From Syntrophaceae bacterium UBA2251 (GTDB lineage Bacteria > Desulfobacterota > Syntrophia > Syntrophales > UBA2251), in contig DDXV01000018.1 of NCBI GenBank assembly GCA_002347815.1, forward strand, positions 9,581 to 73,580: a DNA stretch of 64,000 nt, given 5' to 3'. The notes under the pieces were generated by a model, which saw nothing but the letters and a program-made list of their open reading frames with translations, was not told where the DNA came from and ran no database searches. How positions within the stretch are numbered: position 1 is the stretch's first letter; the number at the start of each line of letters is the position of its first letter. A program made the position numbers and the translations under genes. This document shows positions 19,850-30,459 of this stretch, in pieces.

Positions 19850-20817
19850 CGGCGTCCCTCCGCTTCCAGGCTGGAGACGACCGCCGCGATCACCTTCCGT
19901 TTCACCATGTCCACATCCCCCTCAACCCGACAGGCGGCGGCATTGACGTGGCCGCCGCCGCCGAAGGCGCGGGCGACGCGCTCCACGTTGACGCGGCCTT
20001 TCGACCTCAGACTGACCTTGATGCGGCTGTCCTCCATCTCGCTGAACAGGACGGATACGTCCACCCCCCGGATGGTCCGGGGCAGGTCCACGAGGCCGTC
20101 CGTATGCTCGGGCGCGGCGCCCGTCCGCGCCAGGACCTCACGGGTCACGGTGAGCGATCCCACGCGGTCGTCCCCGTCGAGGGCGAGGGTTCCCAGGACC
20201 GCGCCCAGAAGCCGGATCTTGGCCAGGGGGTTGCTCTCGTAGACGTTTTCCGAAATCCACTGCGGATCGGCCCCGCGCACGACGAGTCCGGACGCCGCCA
20301 TCAGCGCCTCCGGCGTCGTGTTGCCGTAATGGAATCCGCCGGTATCGGTCAGGATCGCCGTATACAGACACGTCGCCGCCGGCGGCGTCGGCGCCCAGTT
20401 CATGGCCGTCATGACCCGGCACAGGATCTCTCCCGTCGAACTCGCCTTCGGATCGAGCAGGACCGTATCGCAGAAACCACCGTTGGAGACGTGATGGTCG
20501 ATATTCACGAGTTGCCGGATGCCCGCGATTCGAGGGGCCTCCCGACCCACCCGGTCCAGCTCGCTGCAATCCAGGATGAACGCCGCGTCGAACGTCTCCG
20601 GCGGGGGCAGCGCCGACACGATGCTTTCGCTCCCGGGAAGAAAGCGGTAATTCCCGGGAATCTCGTCCTGGTTATAGACCACCGCCTGCTTCCTCAGATC
20701 GGTCAGCATCGCGTACAGGGCGAGCTCCGATCCGAGGGCGTCCCCGTCCAGCCGTTCATGGGCCGTCACGAGAAAGGTCCGGCCGCGGTGGATGATGTCA
20801 ATGATCTTCTGGAGCAT
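19846..20817 (-). CDS. DHH/DHHA1 phosphoesterase (NrnA-like oligoribonuclease/pAp phosphatase)
   Basis: HERLDGDALGS, NIDHH and the GGGH motif of the DHHA1 domain. Overlaps truB by 4 nt. Confidence 0.8.
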   Translation of the reverse strand: MLQKIIDIIHRGRTFLVTAHERLDGDALGSELALYAMLTDLRKQAVVYNQDEIPGNYRFLPGSESIVSALPPPETFDAAFILDCSELDRVGREAPRIAGIRQLVNIDHHVSNGGFCDTVLLDPKASSTGEILCRVMTAMNWAPTPPAATCLYTAILTDTGGFHYGNTTPEALMAASGLVVRGADPQWISENVYESNPLAKIRLLGAVLGTLALDGDDRVGSLTVTREVLARTGAAPEHTDGLVDLPRTIRGVDVSVLFSEMEDSRIKVSLRSKGRVNVERVARAFGGGGHVNAAACRVEGDVDMVKRKVIAAVVSSLEAEGRR

Positions 20818-21181
20818 CCGGTTCCTCTGGTTCTTCTTGATGGTGGAGTTCCTGAATCAGCTTCTCGATGCGGCTGCCGTAGGCGAAGGAGGGGTCGTAC
20901 AGAAAGATGAGCTCCGGCACGTAGCGCAGCTCGATCCGCTTTCCCAGTTCCCGGCGGATGAAACCCGCGGCCCGGTCCAGGCCCGCCCGGATCTCCGGGC
21001 GGCACTGGTCCTGTCCCATTTCAACGAAGTACACCTTCGCCACCCTGAGATCGTCCGACAGCGTCACGCCCGACAGGGTCAGCAGCCCGATCCGGGGATC
21101 GCTGATGCGCTTGCGCAGGATGTCGGCGAGTTCCGCGCGGATCAGGTCCGCCACGCGTTCCGCCCGTTTATATTGCGCCAT
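20798..21181 (-). CDS. rbfA: ribosome-binding factor A
   Basis: Start trimmed to MAQYKRAERVADLIRAELADILRKRISDPRIG..LTLSGVTLSDDLRVAKVY. The upstream 75 codons of the track ORF overlap the DUF503 gene. Confidence 0.9.
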   Translation of the reverse strand: MAQYKRAERVADLIRAELADILRKRISDPRIGLLTLSGVTLSDDLRVAKVYFVEMGQDQCRPEIRAGLDRAAGFIRRELGKRIELRYVPELIFLYDPSFAYGSRIEKLIQELHHQEEPEEPDAPEDH

Positions 21182-21506
21182 ACTTTTCCAGTTCCAGTCG
21201 CGGATCGTCCTCGATGTCCGCGAACGAAAGGATTTCCATCTTCGTGCGGACCCGCTCCGCCACGCCGAGGTCGTCGATAAAACGAAAGACGTGATCCATC
21301 TTGCCGTTGATGTAGGCGCGATCGTTTCCGACCACGCAAAATCCAATCCGGGCCGTCTGCCAGAGGTCGTGCTGCCCCACCTCGGCGATGGAGATATTGA
21401 ACTCATTCTGCGTGCGCTTTAGAATCCGCCGCAGAACGCCCCGCTTCTCCTTGAGGGAACGGCTGTCCGGGATCAGGATGTCGATCAGTCCCACACCGAT
21501 AACCAC
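21168..21506 (-). CDS. DUF503 (YlxP-like) protein
   Basis: 112 aa with the IPDSRSLKEKRGVLRRILKR motif. Conserved position between infB and rbfA. Confidence 0.8.
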   Translation of the reverse strand: MVIGVGLIDILIPDSRSLKEKRGVLRRILKRTQNEFNISIAEVGQHDLWQTARIGFCVVGNDRAYINGKMDHVFRFIDDLGVAERVRTKMEILSFADIEDDPRLELEKYGAI

Positions 21507-21557
21507 GGCTTCCCCTCACGCCCCGGTCCGCGGGCGTCCCCGCGGCCCGTCGGTTCG

Positions 21558-24266
21558 TTAAAGCTTGCGTTCGATCTCTTCCTGGACATAAGCCTCGATG
21601 ACGTCCCCGATGCGGATGTCGTTGTAGTTCTCGATGCCGATGCCGCACTCGAACCCCGTCGCGACCTCCTTGACGTCGTCCTTGAAGCGCCGGAGGGAAG
21701 CGATCCGCCCATCGTACAGGACGACGCCCTCCCGGACCAGCTTGACGCCCGAGGACCGGGCCAGCTTTCCGTCCGTCACATAGCAGCCGGCGATGGTGCC
21801 GATCTTCGGCACCTTGAAGATGTCCCGCACCTCGGCGCGGCCCTGGCTCACCTCGCGGTACTCCGGCTCCAGGAGCCCCTCCATCGCCGCCTTCATGTCG
21901 GCAATCACGTTGTAGATGATGTCGTAGAGCTTGATCTCCACCCCTTCCGTTTCGGCCACCTCGGCGACCCGGGCGTCCGGACGCACGTTGAACCCGATGA
22001 TGACGGCGTTGGACGCCGACGCCAGCATGACGTCGGTCTCCGTGATGGCGCCGGTGGAGGAATGGATGATCTTGATCTTGATGTCGGCCGCGCCCAGTTT
22101 TCCGAGCGCGTCCACGAGGGCCTCGACGGACCCCTGCACGTCGGCCTTGAGGATGACGTTGAGCTCCTTCACCCCCTCCTTGATTTTCGCATAGAGCTGT
22201 TCCAGGGTGATCTTCGCCGTGGCGGAAAGCTCCCGCTCCCGCTCCTTGCGGATCCAGTATTCGCCGATGCTGCGGGCCTTCTTCTCGTCCTCGACACCGA
22301 TGAATTCGGAGCTCGCCTGGGGCACGCGGGAAAAGCCGATCACTTCGACGGGGGTGGACGGCCCCGCTTCCCGCATCCGCTGCCCCTTGTCGTCGATCAT
22401 GGCCCGGACCCGGCCGTATTCCGTCCGCGAGACGAAGGCGTCGCCCTCCCGCAGGGTCCCCTCCTGAATCAGGACCGTCGCCACGGGTCCACGCCCGCGG
22501 TCCAGTTTGGCCTCGATGATGACACCGCGGGCCGGCCGGTCAGGATCCGCCTTGAGTTCCAGGATATCGGCCTGCAGCAGGATGAGCTCCAGCAGTTCCT
22601 CGATCCCGATCTTCTGCTTGGCCGACACCTCGGAGAAGATCGTCTCTCCGCCCCACTCCTCCGGGACCAGATTGTATTCCGTCAGGGCCTGCTTGATCCG
22701 CCCTGAATCCGCCCCGGGCTTGTCGATCTTGTTGATGGCCACCACGATGGGAACGCCGGCGTCTCGGGAGTGGTTGATGGCCTCCACCGTCTGGTCCATC
22801 ACCCCGTCGTCGGCCGCCACCACGAGAACGACGATGTCCGTCACCTGGGCCCCTCGGGCGCGCATGGCCGTGAACGCCTCGTGCCCCGGCGTATCGAGAA
22901 ACACGATGTCCCGGTTCTTGATGTGGACGTGGTAGGCGCCGATGGCCTGCGTGATGCCGCCCGCTTCTTCGTCGATGATGTTGGTTTCACGAATGGCGTC
23001 GAGCAGCGACGTCTTGCCGTGATCCACGTGCCCCATGATGGTGACCACCGGTGCGCGCGGTCGGAGATTCTCCGCGGGCGTCTCCGCCTTCAGCAAGGTC
23101 TCGTCGAACTCCTGGCCCATCAGTTCCGCCTGATAACCGAACTCCGCGGCGATCAGGCTCGCCGCCTCGAAATCGATGGGCTGGTTGATCGTGGCCATCA
23201 TCCCCAACCCCATGAGCTTGTTGATGACCTCGCTGGCCTTGACGCCCATCTTTTTAGCCAGATCCCCCACCGAAATGGCATCGCCCACCTTGATCCTCCT
23301 CTTGCTGGCCTTGGGAACCGTGATTTCCGTCTTCTTCATCCTGACGACGGCAGGACGCTTCTCCTCCCGCCACCTGGGCGTCCGTTCCTCCGTATCGACT
23401 TCAATCTGTCGCGCCTTACGGTCAACGAACTGCCTCTTGACGAAAACCTTCTTCTTGGCCGGCGCCGATTCTTCCATCAGGACTTCGACCGGTTTCTTCC
23501 CGCGTTTCTTTGACTTATCGGCCTCCGTCCGCGCCGACGGCGCTTCCGGCCGCGGGGGGACAACATCCCGGGTGATCATCAGGTCCGGCCGGGAAGGAAC
23601 GGGCTTTCTGACCTCCTTTTCGGCGGCCCTGGCCGGCGGGGCTGGAACGGCCTTCTCCTTGGCCGGAGGCGCCGCCCCCGCGGCGGATGCCGTCTCGGCC
23701 TCCCGGGCGGCCGGCGCCGGTTTCGGCGTCACATCCTTTTCTTTCGGCGTCGGTTCGGGAACGACCGCGGCCTCCGTCGGAGCGGGCGCCCCGACCTTCC
23801 GCGTCTCCGCCTCCGCAGCCGGGGGCTCCGGGGCCGGGGGTTCGGGGGGAGCCGGAGGGACGGCTTTCGAAACGGGCTCCCTTTTCGGCGCGGCCCCCTT
23901 GGTCCGAACGGCTTCCGCCGGAGGGACCACCGGCGGGGCTTCGGACGGCTTCTCCGGTTCTCTGGGAAGCGCCTCCGCAGCGGGCTTTGCGGCTTCCACC
24001 GGCGCCTCCGCGGCGGGTGCGGGCTCGGCCTCTTCCGCCGGCAGACGCACCGAGCGGCGTCGGATCACCCCCGTTTTGATCCTCTGCTCCACAACCTCCC
24101 GCGGTTCGCTGGATTTGAGCTCCTTGAGAATACGCTCCACATCGCCTTCATCCAGCGTGCTGGAGTGGGATTTGACCGCAATGCCGATCTTTTCCAGGCG
24201 GGCAATCAACTCCTTGTTCTCGATGCCCAGTTCCTTCGCTAATTCATGGACCCTTTTTTTAGACAT
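21558..24266 (-). CDS. infB: translation initiation factor IF-2
   Basis: N-terminal [14 protein letters not shown], a Pro/Ala-rich linker, and a GTPase domain ([26 protein letters not shown]). The track start is a TTG; the ATG at 24266 follows GGGGGAG. Confidence 0.95.
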   Translation of the reverse strand: MSKKRVHELAKELGIENKELIARLEKIGIAVKSHSSTLDEGDVERILKELKSSEPREVVEQRIKTGVIRRRSVRLPAEEAEPAPAAEAPVEAAKPAAEALPREPEKPSEAPPVVPPAEAVRTKGAAPKREPVSKAVPPAPPEPPAPEPPAAEAETRKVGAPAPTEAAVVPEPTPKEKDVTPKPAPAAREAETASAAGAAPPAKEKAVPAPPARAAEKEVRKPVPSRPDLMITRDVVPPRPEAPSARTEADKSKKRGKKPVEVLMEESAPAKKKVFVKRQFVDRKARQIEVDTEERTPRWREEKRPAVVRMKKTEITVPKASKRRIKVGDAISVGDLAKKMGVKASEVINKLMGLGMMATINQPIDFEAASLIAAEFGYQAELMGQEFDETLLKAETPAENLRPRAPVVTIMGHVDHGKTSLLDAIRETNIIDEEAGGITQAIGAYHVHIKNRDIVFLDTPGHEAFTAMRARGAQVTDIVVLVVAADDGVMDQTVEAINHSRDAGVPIVVAINKIDKPGADSGRIKQALTEYNLVPEEWGGETIFSEVSAKQKIGIEELLELILLQADILELKADPDRPARGVIIEAKLDRGRGPVATVLIQEGTLREGDAFVSRTEYGRVRAMIDDKGQRMREAGPSTPVEVIGFSRVPQASSEFIGVEDEKKARSIGEYWIRKERERELSATAKITLEQLYAKIKEGVKELNVILKADVQGSVEALVDALGKLGAADIKIKIIHSSTGAITETDVMLASASNAVIIGFNVRPDARVAEVAETEGVEIKLYDIIYNVIADMKAAMEGLLEPEYREVSQGRAEVRDIFKVPKIGTIAGCYVTDGKLARSSGVKLVREGVVLYDGRIASLRRFKDDVKEVATGFECGIGIENYNDIRIGDVIEAYVQEEIERKL

Positions 24267-24290
24267 GCGCAACTCCCCCGCCTTATCCGT

Positions 24291-25538
24291 TTACGCGACC
24301 CCTTGATCGAGGATCTTCCCCGCGGCTTCGATCCACTGCCGGGCCGACTTCTCGCCGACGCCCGGAATCGCCGACAGGGTCTCGACGTCGGAGGCGGCGA
24401 TGGCCATGACGCTCTTCAGGCCTTCCTTGAACAGCCGTTCCGCCGTCGCCTCGCCGACCCCCGGAATCTTCATGAGTGACTTGAATCCCTCTTCCTCCTG
24501 GGCCGTCGCCATGGATTGGCTTTTGACATCGATCTTCCAGCCGGTCAGGCGGACCGCCAGCCGGACGTTGTGACCGTTTTTCCCGATGGCCAGGGATAAC
24601 TGGTCATCGGGGACAATGACTTCCATGGCCCGATTGTCCTCGTCGATGAACACCTTGTCCACCTTCGCCGGCGACAGGGCGCTGCAGACGTACTTGGCCG
24701 GATCGTCGGAGTAGGGAACGATGTCGATCTTCTCACCGCGCAATTCCTGAACGACGCTCTGGACGCGGGATCCCCGCATGCCGACGCAGGCTCCGACGGG
24801 ATCGATGTCCTTGTCTTTCGTCCTCACGGAGATCTTGGCCCGCTTTCCCGGCTCGCGGGAAACGTTGACGATCTCGATGAGCCCCTCGGAGATCTCCGGA
24901 ACCTCGACATCGAAGAGGGCCTTCAGAAACCCCGGATGGGTCCGGGAAAGAATGACCTGCGGTCCTTTGGAGATCTTCTTGACGTCGCAGAGATACCCGC
25001 GGATCCGCTCGCCCCGCTTGTACTGCTCCCGAAAGATCTGCTCCGACACCGGCACCACGGCCTCGGCCCGCCCCAGGTTCACGATGATGCTCCCGCCCTC
25101 GAAACGCTGCACGAACCCGTTGACCAGTTCCCCCTTGCGATCCTTGTATTCCTCGTAGATGTTGTCCCGTTCCGCGTCCTTGACGCGCTGGATAATGATC
25201 TGCTTCGCCGTCTGGACGGCAATTCGCCCGAAGGTGCCGGCGTCGACCTTCATCCCGAGGCTGTCGCCCGGTTCGGCGCCTTCGTCCCACTTCTCCCGGG
25301 CCTCCTCGACGGAAATCTGGATCTCCGGATCCAGGACCCTCTCCATGACGGTCTTGAACTGAAACACATCGATCTCGCCGGCCTCGTCGTTGTAATGGGC
25401 TTCGATCTCCACCCGCGGCCCCATCTTCTTCCGGGCCGCCGTCTCCATCGCCACTTCCAGGGCCTCGACGATGATCTGCTTGTCGATCCCCCGGTCCTTG
25501 CCCATCTGCTCGATCAGACGTTTGAGTTCTGGAAACAT
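24291..25538 (-). CDS. nusA: transcription termination/antitermination factor NusA
   Basis: NusA N-domain, S1 domain, two KH domains (VDPVGACVGMRGSRVQ, LAIGKNGHNVRLA) and a C-terminal HhH. No ylxR between nusA and infB (18-nt gap). Confidence 0.95.
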   Translation of the reverse strand: MFPELKRLIEQMGKDRGIDKQIIVEALEVAMETAARKKMGPRVEIEAHYNDEAGEIDVFQFKTVMERVLDPEIQISVEEAREKWDEGAEPGDSLGMKVDAGTFGRIAVQTAKQIIIQRVKDAERDNIYEEYKDRKGELVNGFVQRFEGGSIIVNLGRAEAVVPVSEQIFREQYKRGERIRGYLCDVKKISKGPQVILSRTHPGFLKALFDVEVPEISEGLIEIVNVSREPGKRAKISVRTKDKDIDPVGACVGMRGSRVQSVVQELRGEKIDIVPYSDDPAKYVCSALSPAKVDKVFIDEDNRAMEVIVPDDQLSLAIGKNGHNVRLAVRLTGWKIDVKSQSMATAQEEEGFKSLMKIPGVGEATAERLFKEGLKSVMAIAASDVETLSAIPGVGEKSARQWIEAAGKILDQGVA

Positions 25539-25601
25539 GTCCTTGTCCTCCCTTTATCTCCCCTGGCGCCCCGCAGGGCGATGCGGCGCATGCGCTTGTT
25601 C

Positions 25602-26087
25602 CTAAGGTTCCTCTTCGTAGACGAGGTGGGCCTTCAGGATCAGGTCCCGGGGAATCGACCGGCGTTCGCCGTCCACCTCGATGACCACGATCCCCGGACC
25701 CTCCCCCAAAAGGCAGTCGCGCAGGATCCCGCACAGATGACGACTCCCCGCGACCTTCTCCTTCAAACGGCAGTCGATCCGGGAGCCCCGGAACCGGAGA
25801 AAATCCTCCGCCTTGGCCAAGGGCCGGTCCAGACCGGGCGACGACACCTCCAGGGTATAGGCCCCGGGAGGCAGGTCGTGCACATCGAGGACATCCCCCA
25901 ACTGCTCGCTGATCAAGGCACAGTCGTCAACGGTCACCCCGCCCGGCTTGTCCATGAAGATTCGAACCAGCCAGCGCGACTTCATCCTGAGGCATTCCAC
26001 GTCGACCAGTTCCATGCCCTCGGCCTGCAGGAGAGCGTCCGCGAGTGACGCGATCTCTTCCCGGTAGCTGCCTGATGTCTCCGCCAT
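25602..26087 (-). CDS. rimP: ribosome maturation factor RimP
   Basis: Start trimmed to MAETSGSYREEIASL. LEVSSPGLDRPL motif. The track extension to 26126 runs through a terminator hairpin. Confidence 0.85.
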   Translation of the reverse strand: MAETSGSYREEIASLADALLQAEGMELVDVECLRMKSRWLVRIFMDKPGGVTVDDCALISEQLGDVLDVHDLPPGAYTLEVSSPGLDRPLAKAEDFLRFRGSRIDCRLKEKVAGSRHLCGILRDCLLGEGPGIVVIEVDGERRSIPRDLILKAHLVYEEEP

Positions 26088-26101
26088 GATTCTCTTTCGG
26101 G

Positions 26102-26127
26102 AAAAAAAAAGTGGGCACGCGCCCACT
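26102..26127 (-). terminator. intrinsic terminator / attenuator between tRNA-Gly and rimP
   Basis: 7-bp stem AGTGGGC / GCCCACT (26110-26116 / 26121-26127) with a 4-nt loop, followed on the minus strand by a T9 run (plus-strand A run 26102-26110). It ends 14 nt before the rimP ATG. Confidence 0.6.
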
Positions 26128-26213
26128 CATCTCAAAAACCCGATGATCTGGGCGGCTTCCTAACACAGAAAAGAGGGGATTGCAAGAAAAAAACCGGGGG
26201 GCCGGGAGGGGAA

Positions 26214-26290
<77 letters not shown>

Positions 26291-26339
26291 TCGGGGTCTG
26301 CCGCGACTGGACGGCATATGTACCACCCGGGATGTTTTG

Positions 26340-27077
26340 TCAAGGGTTTTTTGTCCGGAGATCGATGCCGCCCGCATCCCGGAGCAGTTCGACGAGTCGT
26401 CCCGTGTCCGTTCCGCCGGTGTGATAGGGGTAGAGGATCTTCGGACGGAAAGCCTTTGCGGCGTCCGCGACCATTTCGGGGGTCATGGTATAGGGCCGGT
26501 TCATGGGCAGGAAGGCGATATCGATCTCCTTCAGCCGCTTCATCTCCGGGGTGTTTTCCGTGTCTCCCGCGATGTAGACGCGCGTGTCCCCGAAGGTGAC
26601 GATGTACCCGTTGCCGATTCCCCGGGGGTGGAAGGGCACGCCGGGCTTGCGCATGTGGACGAGGTTATAGGCCGGAACGGCCTCGATCCGCACCCCTTGG
26701 ATCGTGCGGACGTCGCCGTTCCCGAGGACGACGGCGCCCGGGATCCTGCGGGCGGCCGTCTCCGGGGCGAGAACCGCGGTCCCTTTCGTCCGGATCAGGC
26801 CGATCGCCGCGGGGTCGAGATGATCGGCGTGCTCGTGGGTGACGAGGATCAGGTCGGCCTTCGGCAGCTTCGTATAATCGGCCTGCTCGGTCACCGGATC
26901 GATGTGCAGGACCTTGCCGCCCCAGGTCATCATCAGCGTCGCGTGACCCACGACGGTGATGACCAGTTCCCCGGCGGAGGTTCGGAACGCGTCGGTCCGG
27001 AAGTGCGGACCCGCCGCCGATGCGACGGCCGCGCACAGCAACACCGCCCCCAGCCCCGCAAAGACGGTCTTTCTCAT
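26340..27077 (-). CDS. secreted metallo-beta-lactamase-fold hydrolase
   Basis: Start trimmed to MRKTVFAGLGAVLLCAAVASAAG (signal peptide). THEHADH (HxHxDH) motif. The upstream part of the 440-aa track ORF overlaps the next gene and looks non-coding. Confidence 0.8.
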   Translation of the reverse strand: MRKTVFAGLGAVLLCAAVASAAGPHFRTDAFRTSAGELVITVVGHATLMMTWGGKVLHIDPVTEQADYTKLPKADLILVTHEHADHLDPAAIGLIRTKGTAVLAPETAARRIPGAVVLGNGDVRTIQGVRIEAVPAYNLVHMRKPGVPFHPRGIGNGYIVTFGDTRVYIAGDTENTPEMKRLKEIDIAFLPMNRPYTMTPEMVADAAKAFRPKILYPYHTGGTDTGRLVELLRDAGGIDLRTKNP

Positions 27078-27097
27078 CGCGTCACCCCCAATCGGCA

Positions 27098-27892
27098 TCA
27101 GCCCTGCAAATCCCTCTCCCGGGTCAGGTCGCGCAGTCTGATCTCCGGGTGACGGTAGCGTGCATACCCCGGCGTTTTCCTGCCGTACTGGATCGCCTCC
27201 TGCGGGCACCACTGGATGCAGGCCAGACACTGCTCGCAGCGGTGCTGCCAGACCGGCCGTTCCGCCTCCCAGGCAATGTTCCCGCAGGGGCAGACGGTCT
27301 TGCAGACGCCGCAGCCGTTGCATTTCTCGTCGACCCGGAAGCCCTTGTCCATCGCGGGGACGCGGGGAAAGGCGAGCCGGTTGAGCGCGGTCAGGACGAG
27401 GTTCTGCCAGAAAGGGCCCCTTTCGACGGGTCGCGATTCCCGGTTCCCGACCCGGGCGGCGATGCGGCCGATCTTCTCCCGGGCAGCGGCGATCCGCCGG
27501 CGCTGTTCCTCCTCCGGGCCGGGCCCGCCCCAGGGGATGTAGTTGGAGGGCATGACGATTCCGAACCCGGAGGCCAGGGTCAGATTTCTTGCATGCAGAA
27601 TCTTTTTCAGCTGGACGAGGGTGGCGGCGACTTGCCCGGCGTTGACCGCCACCGCGAAGCAATACGTCTCCGGGTCCGCGTTGAGGACGTTCGCGAAGGC
27701 GATCACCCGGCGCGGCGGCCCCCAGATATGCACGGGGAAGACGAGGCCGACCGCCTCGATCCCGGCCGTCACGGTGGAACCGTCCGTCCGGGACATCGGC
27801 CGGACCGCTGCCGATCCCAGCGCCTGCGCGAGCAGGCGGGCGGTCCAGAGGGAATTGCCCGTACCCGTGTAGTAGTAGAGTTCGGTTTTCAT
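27098..27892 (-). CDS. EFR1-family flavodoxin-like / 2x[4Fe-4S] ferredoxin fusion protein
   Basis: N-terminal YYYTGTGNSLWTA (flavodoxin-like). C-terminal CNGCGVCKTVCPCGNI and CEQCLACIQWCP cluster motifs. Confidence 0.7.
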   Translation of the reverse strand: MKTELYYYTGTGNSLWTARLLAQALGSAAVRPMSRTDGSTVTAGIEAVGLVFPVHIWGPPRRVIAFANVLNADPETYCFAVAVNAGQVAATLVQLKKILHARNLTLASGFGIVMPSNYIPWGGPGPEEEQRRRIAAAREKIGRIAARVGNRESRPVERGPFWQNLVLTALNRLAFPRVPAMDKGFRVDEKCNGCGVCKTVCPCGNIAWEAERPVWQHRCEQCLACIQWCPQEAIQYGRKTPGYARYRHPEIRLRDLTRERDLQG

Positions 27893-27899
27893 CGTCCGC

Positions 27900-29204
27900 T
27901 CAAGGGTTCCCGGGATCCGCGTCCAATCGCCGGGTGATGGATTTTCCGTGGCCCTCCAGCCCCTCGAGGTCCGCCAGCCGGGCGGCCTGGCGGCCGTACT
28001 TCAGCAGGGCCTCCCGGGAAAAGGACAGGACGCTCATCCGTTTGACGTAGTCGTACACCCCCAGGGGCGACGCGAAGCGGGCCGTCCCCCCCGTCGGCAG
28101 GATGTGGTTCGGACCGGCCAGGTAGTCGCCGACGGCCTCGGGGGTGCAGCCGCCCAGAAAAACGGCGCCGGCGTTGACGATCCCGGGCAGGAGCGCCTGC
28201 GGGTTGTCCACCATCAGTTCCAGGTGCTCCGGCGCGAAACGGTTCGCCAGGGCGACGGCCTCCGCGAGGTCTTTCGTGACGACGGCCGCGCCGTAATCCG
28301 ACCAGGAGCGGGCGGCGATGTCGCGGCGCGACAGGGTCGGGAGCTGCCGCTCGACCTCCGCCGTCACCCGCCGGGCGTACGCGTCGTCCGGCGTCAGGAG
28401 CAGCGCGGAGGCCAGCGGGTCGTGCTCCGCCTGCGACAGAAGGTCGGCGGCGCAGACGGCGGGATTCTGCGACCCGTCCGCGATGATGAGGACTTCGCTG
28501 GGGCCCGCGATCATGTCGATGGCGCACTGGCCGAACACCAGCATTTTCGCCGCCGCCACGTAGGCGTTGCCCGGCCCCACGATCTTGTCCACCGCCGGAA
28601 TCGAGGCGGTCCCGTAGGCCAGGGCGGCGACGGCCTGCGCGCCGCCGATCTTGAAGATGCGCGTCACGCCGGCCACCCGCGCGGCGGCGGCGATCAGGGG
28701 GTTGAGCCTCCCCTCCCGGGCGGGAGACACGAGGAGGATCTCCTTGACGCCCGCGATCCGGGCCGGGATGGCCGCCATGAGGACCGTCGAGGGATACGCG
28801 GCCAGTCCCCCGGGGGCGTAGATCCCGATCCGCTCCAGCGGCAGGATGCGCTGTCCCCAGGTGATCCCCGGTTCGTCTTCCGCGCAGTAGCCGTCGATCC
28901 GCTGCTGCCGGTGAAACCGTTCGATCCGCCCGGCCGCCAGTTCGAGGAGTCCGAGGTCGGCCGCCGCAACCTCCGCCGCGGCGGCGGACCACTCCGCCGG
29001 CGCGGCCTGTACGGTCTCCGCCGTCGGCGTGTAGCCGTCGAACCGCGCCGTCAGGGCGAACAGGGCATCATCCCCGCGGGTGGCCACATCCGTCACGATC
29101 CCCTTCACTTCCGCGAGCAGGTCCTCGTCGAAGACACGGCCCCGCAGTCTGAGATCGCGGAAAAAGGCGTCGAAATCCCGGTCGGACGTTCGTCTGATCT
29201 TCAT
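27900..29204 (-). CDS. hisD: histidinol dehydrogenase
   Basis: Length of 434 aa with GIYAPGG.AAYPS, AGPSEVLIIAD, QAEHD and GDY.AGPNHILPT motifs. Confidence 0.95.
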   Translation of the reverse strand: MKIRRTSDRDFDAFFRDLRLRGRVFDEDLLAEVKGIVTDVATRGDDALFALTARFDGYTPTAETVQAAPAEWSAAAAEVAAADLGLLELAAGRIERFHRQQRIDGYCAEDEPGITWGQRILPLERIGIYAPGGLAAYPSTVLMAAIPARIAGVKEILLVSPAREGRLNPLIAAAARVAGVTRIFKIGGAQAVAALAYGTASIPAVDKIVGPGNAYVAAAKMLVFGQCAIDMIAGPSEVLIIADGSQNPAVCAADLLSQAEHDPLASALLLTPDDAYARRVTAEVERQLPTLSRRDIAARSWSDYGAAVVTKDLAEAVALANRFAPEHLELMVDNPQALLPGIVNAGAVFLGGCTPEAVGDYLAGPNHILPTGGTARFASPLGVYDYVKRMSVLSFSREALLKYGRQAARLADLEGLEGHGKSITRRLDADPGNP

Positions 29205-29205
29205 G

Positions 29206-30456
29206 TCAAGCCCGCACCCTCCTGATATCCGCCCCGAGCGCGGAAAATTTCTTTTCGATCTGCTGATACCCGCGATCGATGTGGTAGACCCGCAGGAGCT
29301 CCGTCCGGCCCTCGGCCATGAGTCCGGCCAGGATCAGGGAGGCCGAGGCCCGCAGGTCCGTGGCCATCACCTTGGCGCCCCGGAGGCCGGGCGTCCCCTT
29401 GACCACCGCGCTGTTGCCCTGGATCTGGATGTCCGCCCCCATGCGGAGCAGTTCGCTCACGTGCATGAAACGGTTTTCGAAAACGGTTTCCGTGATGACG
29501 CTGAGTCCCGAGGCGGCCGTCATGTAGGCCATCATCTGCGCCTGGAGGTCGGTGGGAAATCCCGGGTACGGCAGGGTCGTGATGTCGACGCTCCGGATTC
29601 GGGCCGCGCCGACCGCCTGAAGTCCGTCGGCCAGCGGCACGATGGACATGCCCGTGTCGCGGAGCTTCGTGATCAGGGCATCCAGGTGCGTCGGGTCGCA
29701 ACCGGTCAGGCGGATGTTGCCCCCCGTCATGCCGGCGGCGATCATGAACGTGCCCGCCTCGATCCGGTCCGGGATCACCGCCGCCTCGACGGGATGAAGC
29801 CGCTCCACCCCCTCGATGCGGATCTCGTCCGTTCCCGCCCCGTCGATCCGGGCGCCCATGCCCGTCAGGACCTGCGCCAGATTCACGATCTCCGGTTCCC
29901 GGGCGGCGTTTTTCAAAACCGTCGTTCCGCGGGCCAGGCAGGCCGCCATCAGGATGTTTTCCGTCCCCGTCACCGTGGAGATGTCGAAGTAGATCTCCGC
30001 CCCGTTCAGGCGGGGACAGCAGGCCTCCACATAGCCGTCCCGGAGCTCGACCTCCGCGCCCATTTCCTGGAGCGCCTTGATGTGCAGATTCACCGGACGG
30101 GCCCCGATGGCGCATCCGCCCGGCAGAGACACCCGGGCTTCGCCCAGCCGCGCAACCAGCGGCCCCAGGACGAGGATCGACGCCCGCATGGTCCGGACCA
30201 GATCGTAGGAGGCCTCGCAACGGGTGAGGTGGGTCGCATCGAGGGAAAGCGTTTCTCCTCCCTCCATCCGCACGCCGAAACTCGCCAACAGTTTCTTGAC
30301 CGTCTTGATGTCCACGAGGTCCGGAACGTTGTGAAAGGTGTTCGGGCCTTCCGTCAGGAGCGCGGAGATGAGGATGGGCAGCGCGGCGTTCTTCGCCCCG
30401 CTGATCCGGACCTCCCCTTCGAGCCCGCGGCCTCCCGTGATGACGATCTTGTCCAA
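29206..30456 (-). CDS. murA: UDP-N-acetylglucosamine 1-carboxyvinyltransferase
   Basis: [17 protein letters not shown], and [15 protein letters not shown] carrying the catalytic Cys. Confidence 0.95.
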   Translation of the reverse strand: MDKIVITGGRGLEGEVRISGAKNAALPILISALLTEGPNTFHNVPDLVDIKTVKKLLASFGVRMEGGETLSLDATHLTRCEASYDLVRTMRASILVLGPLVARLGEARVSLPGGCAIGARPVNLHIKALQEMGAEVELRDGYVEACCPRLNGAEIYFDISTVTGTENILMAACLARGTTVLKNAAREPEIVNLAQVLTGMGARIDGAGTDEIRIEGVERLHPVEAAVIPDRIEAGTFMIAAGMTGGNIRLTGCDPTHLDALITKLRDTGMSIVPLADGLQAVGAARIRSVDITTLPYPGFPTDLQAQMMAYMTAASGLSVITETVFENRFMHVSELLRMGADIQIQGNSAVVKGTPGLRGAKVMATDLRASASLILAGLMAEGRTELLRVYHIDRGYQQIEKKFSALGADIRRVRA

Positions 30457-30459
30457 CCT

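Noticed and set aside
23500-24060. Repetitive Pro/Ala/Glu-rich coding stretch that looks like a DNA repeat region
   Set aside because: It is the normal low-complexity N-terminal linker of IF-2, in frame and continuous with the GTPase domain. It is not a CRISPR or tandem-repeat locus.
27078-27662. N-terminal ~195 codons of the 440-aa track ORF 26340..27662
   Set aside because: The MBL hydrolase begins with a signal peptide at 27077. The extension overlaps the EFR1-like gene out of frame and is Arg/Pro/Gly-rich.
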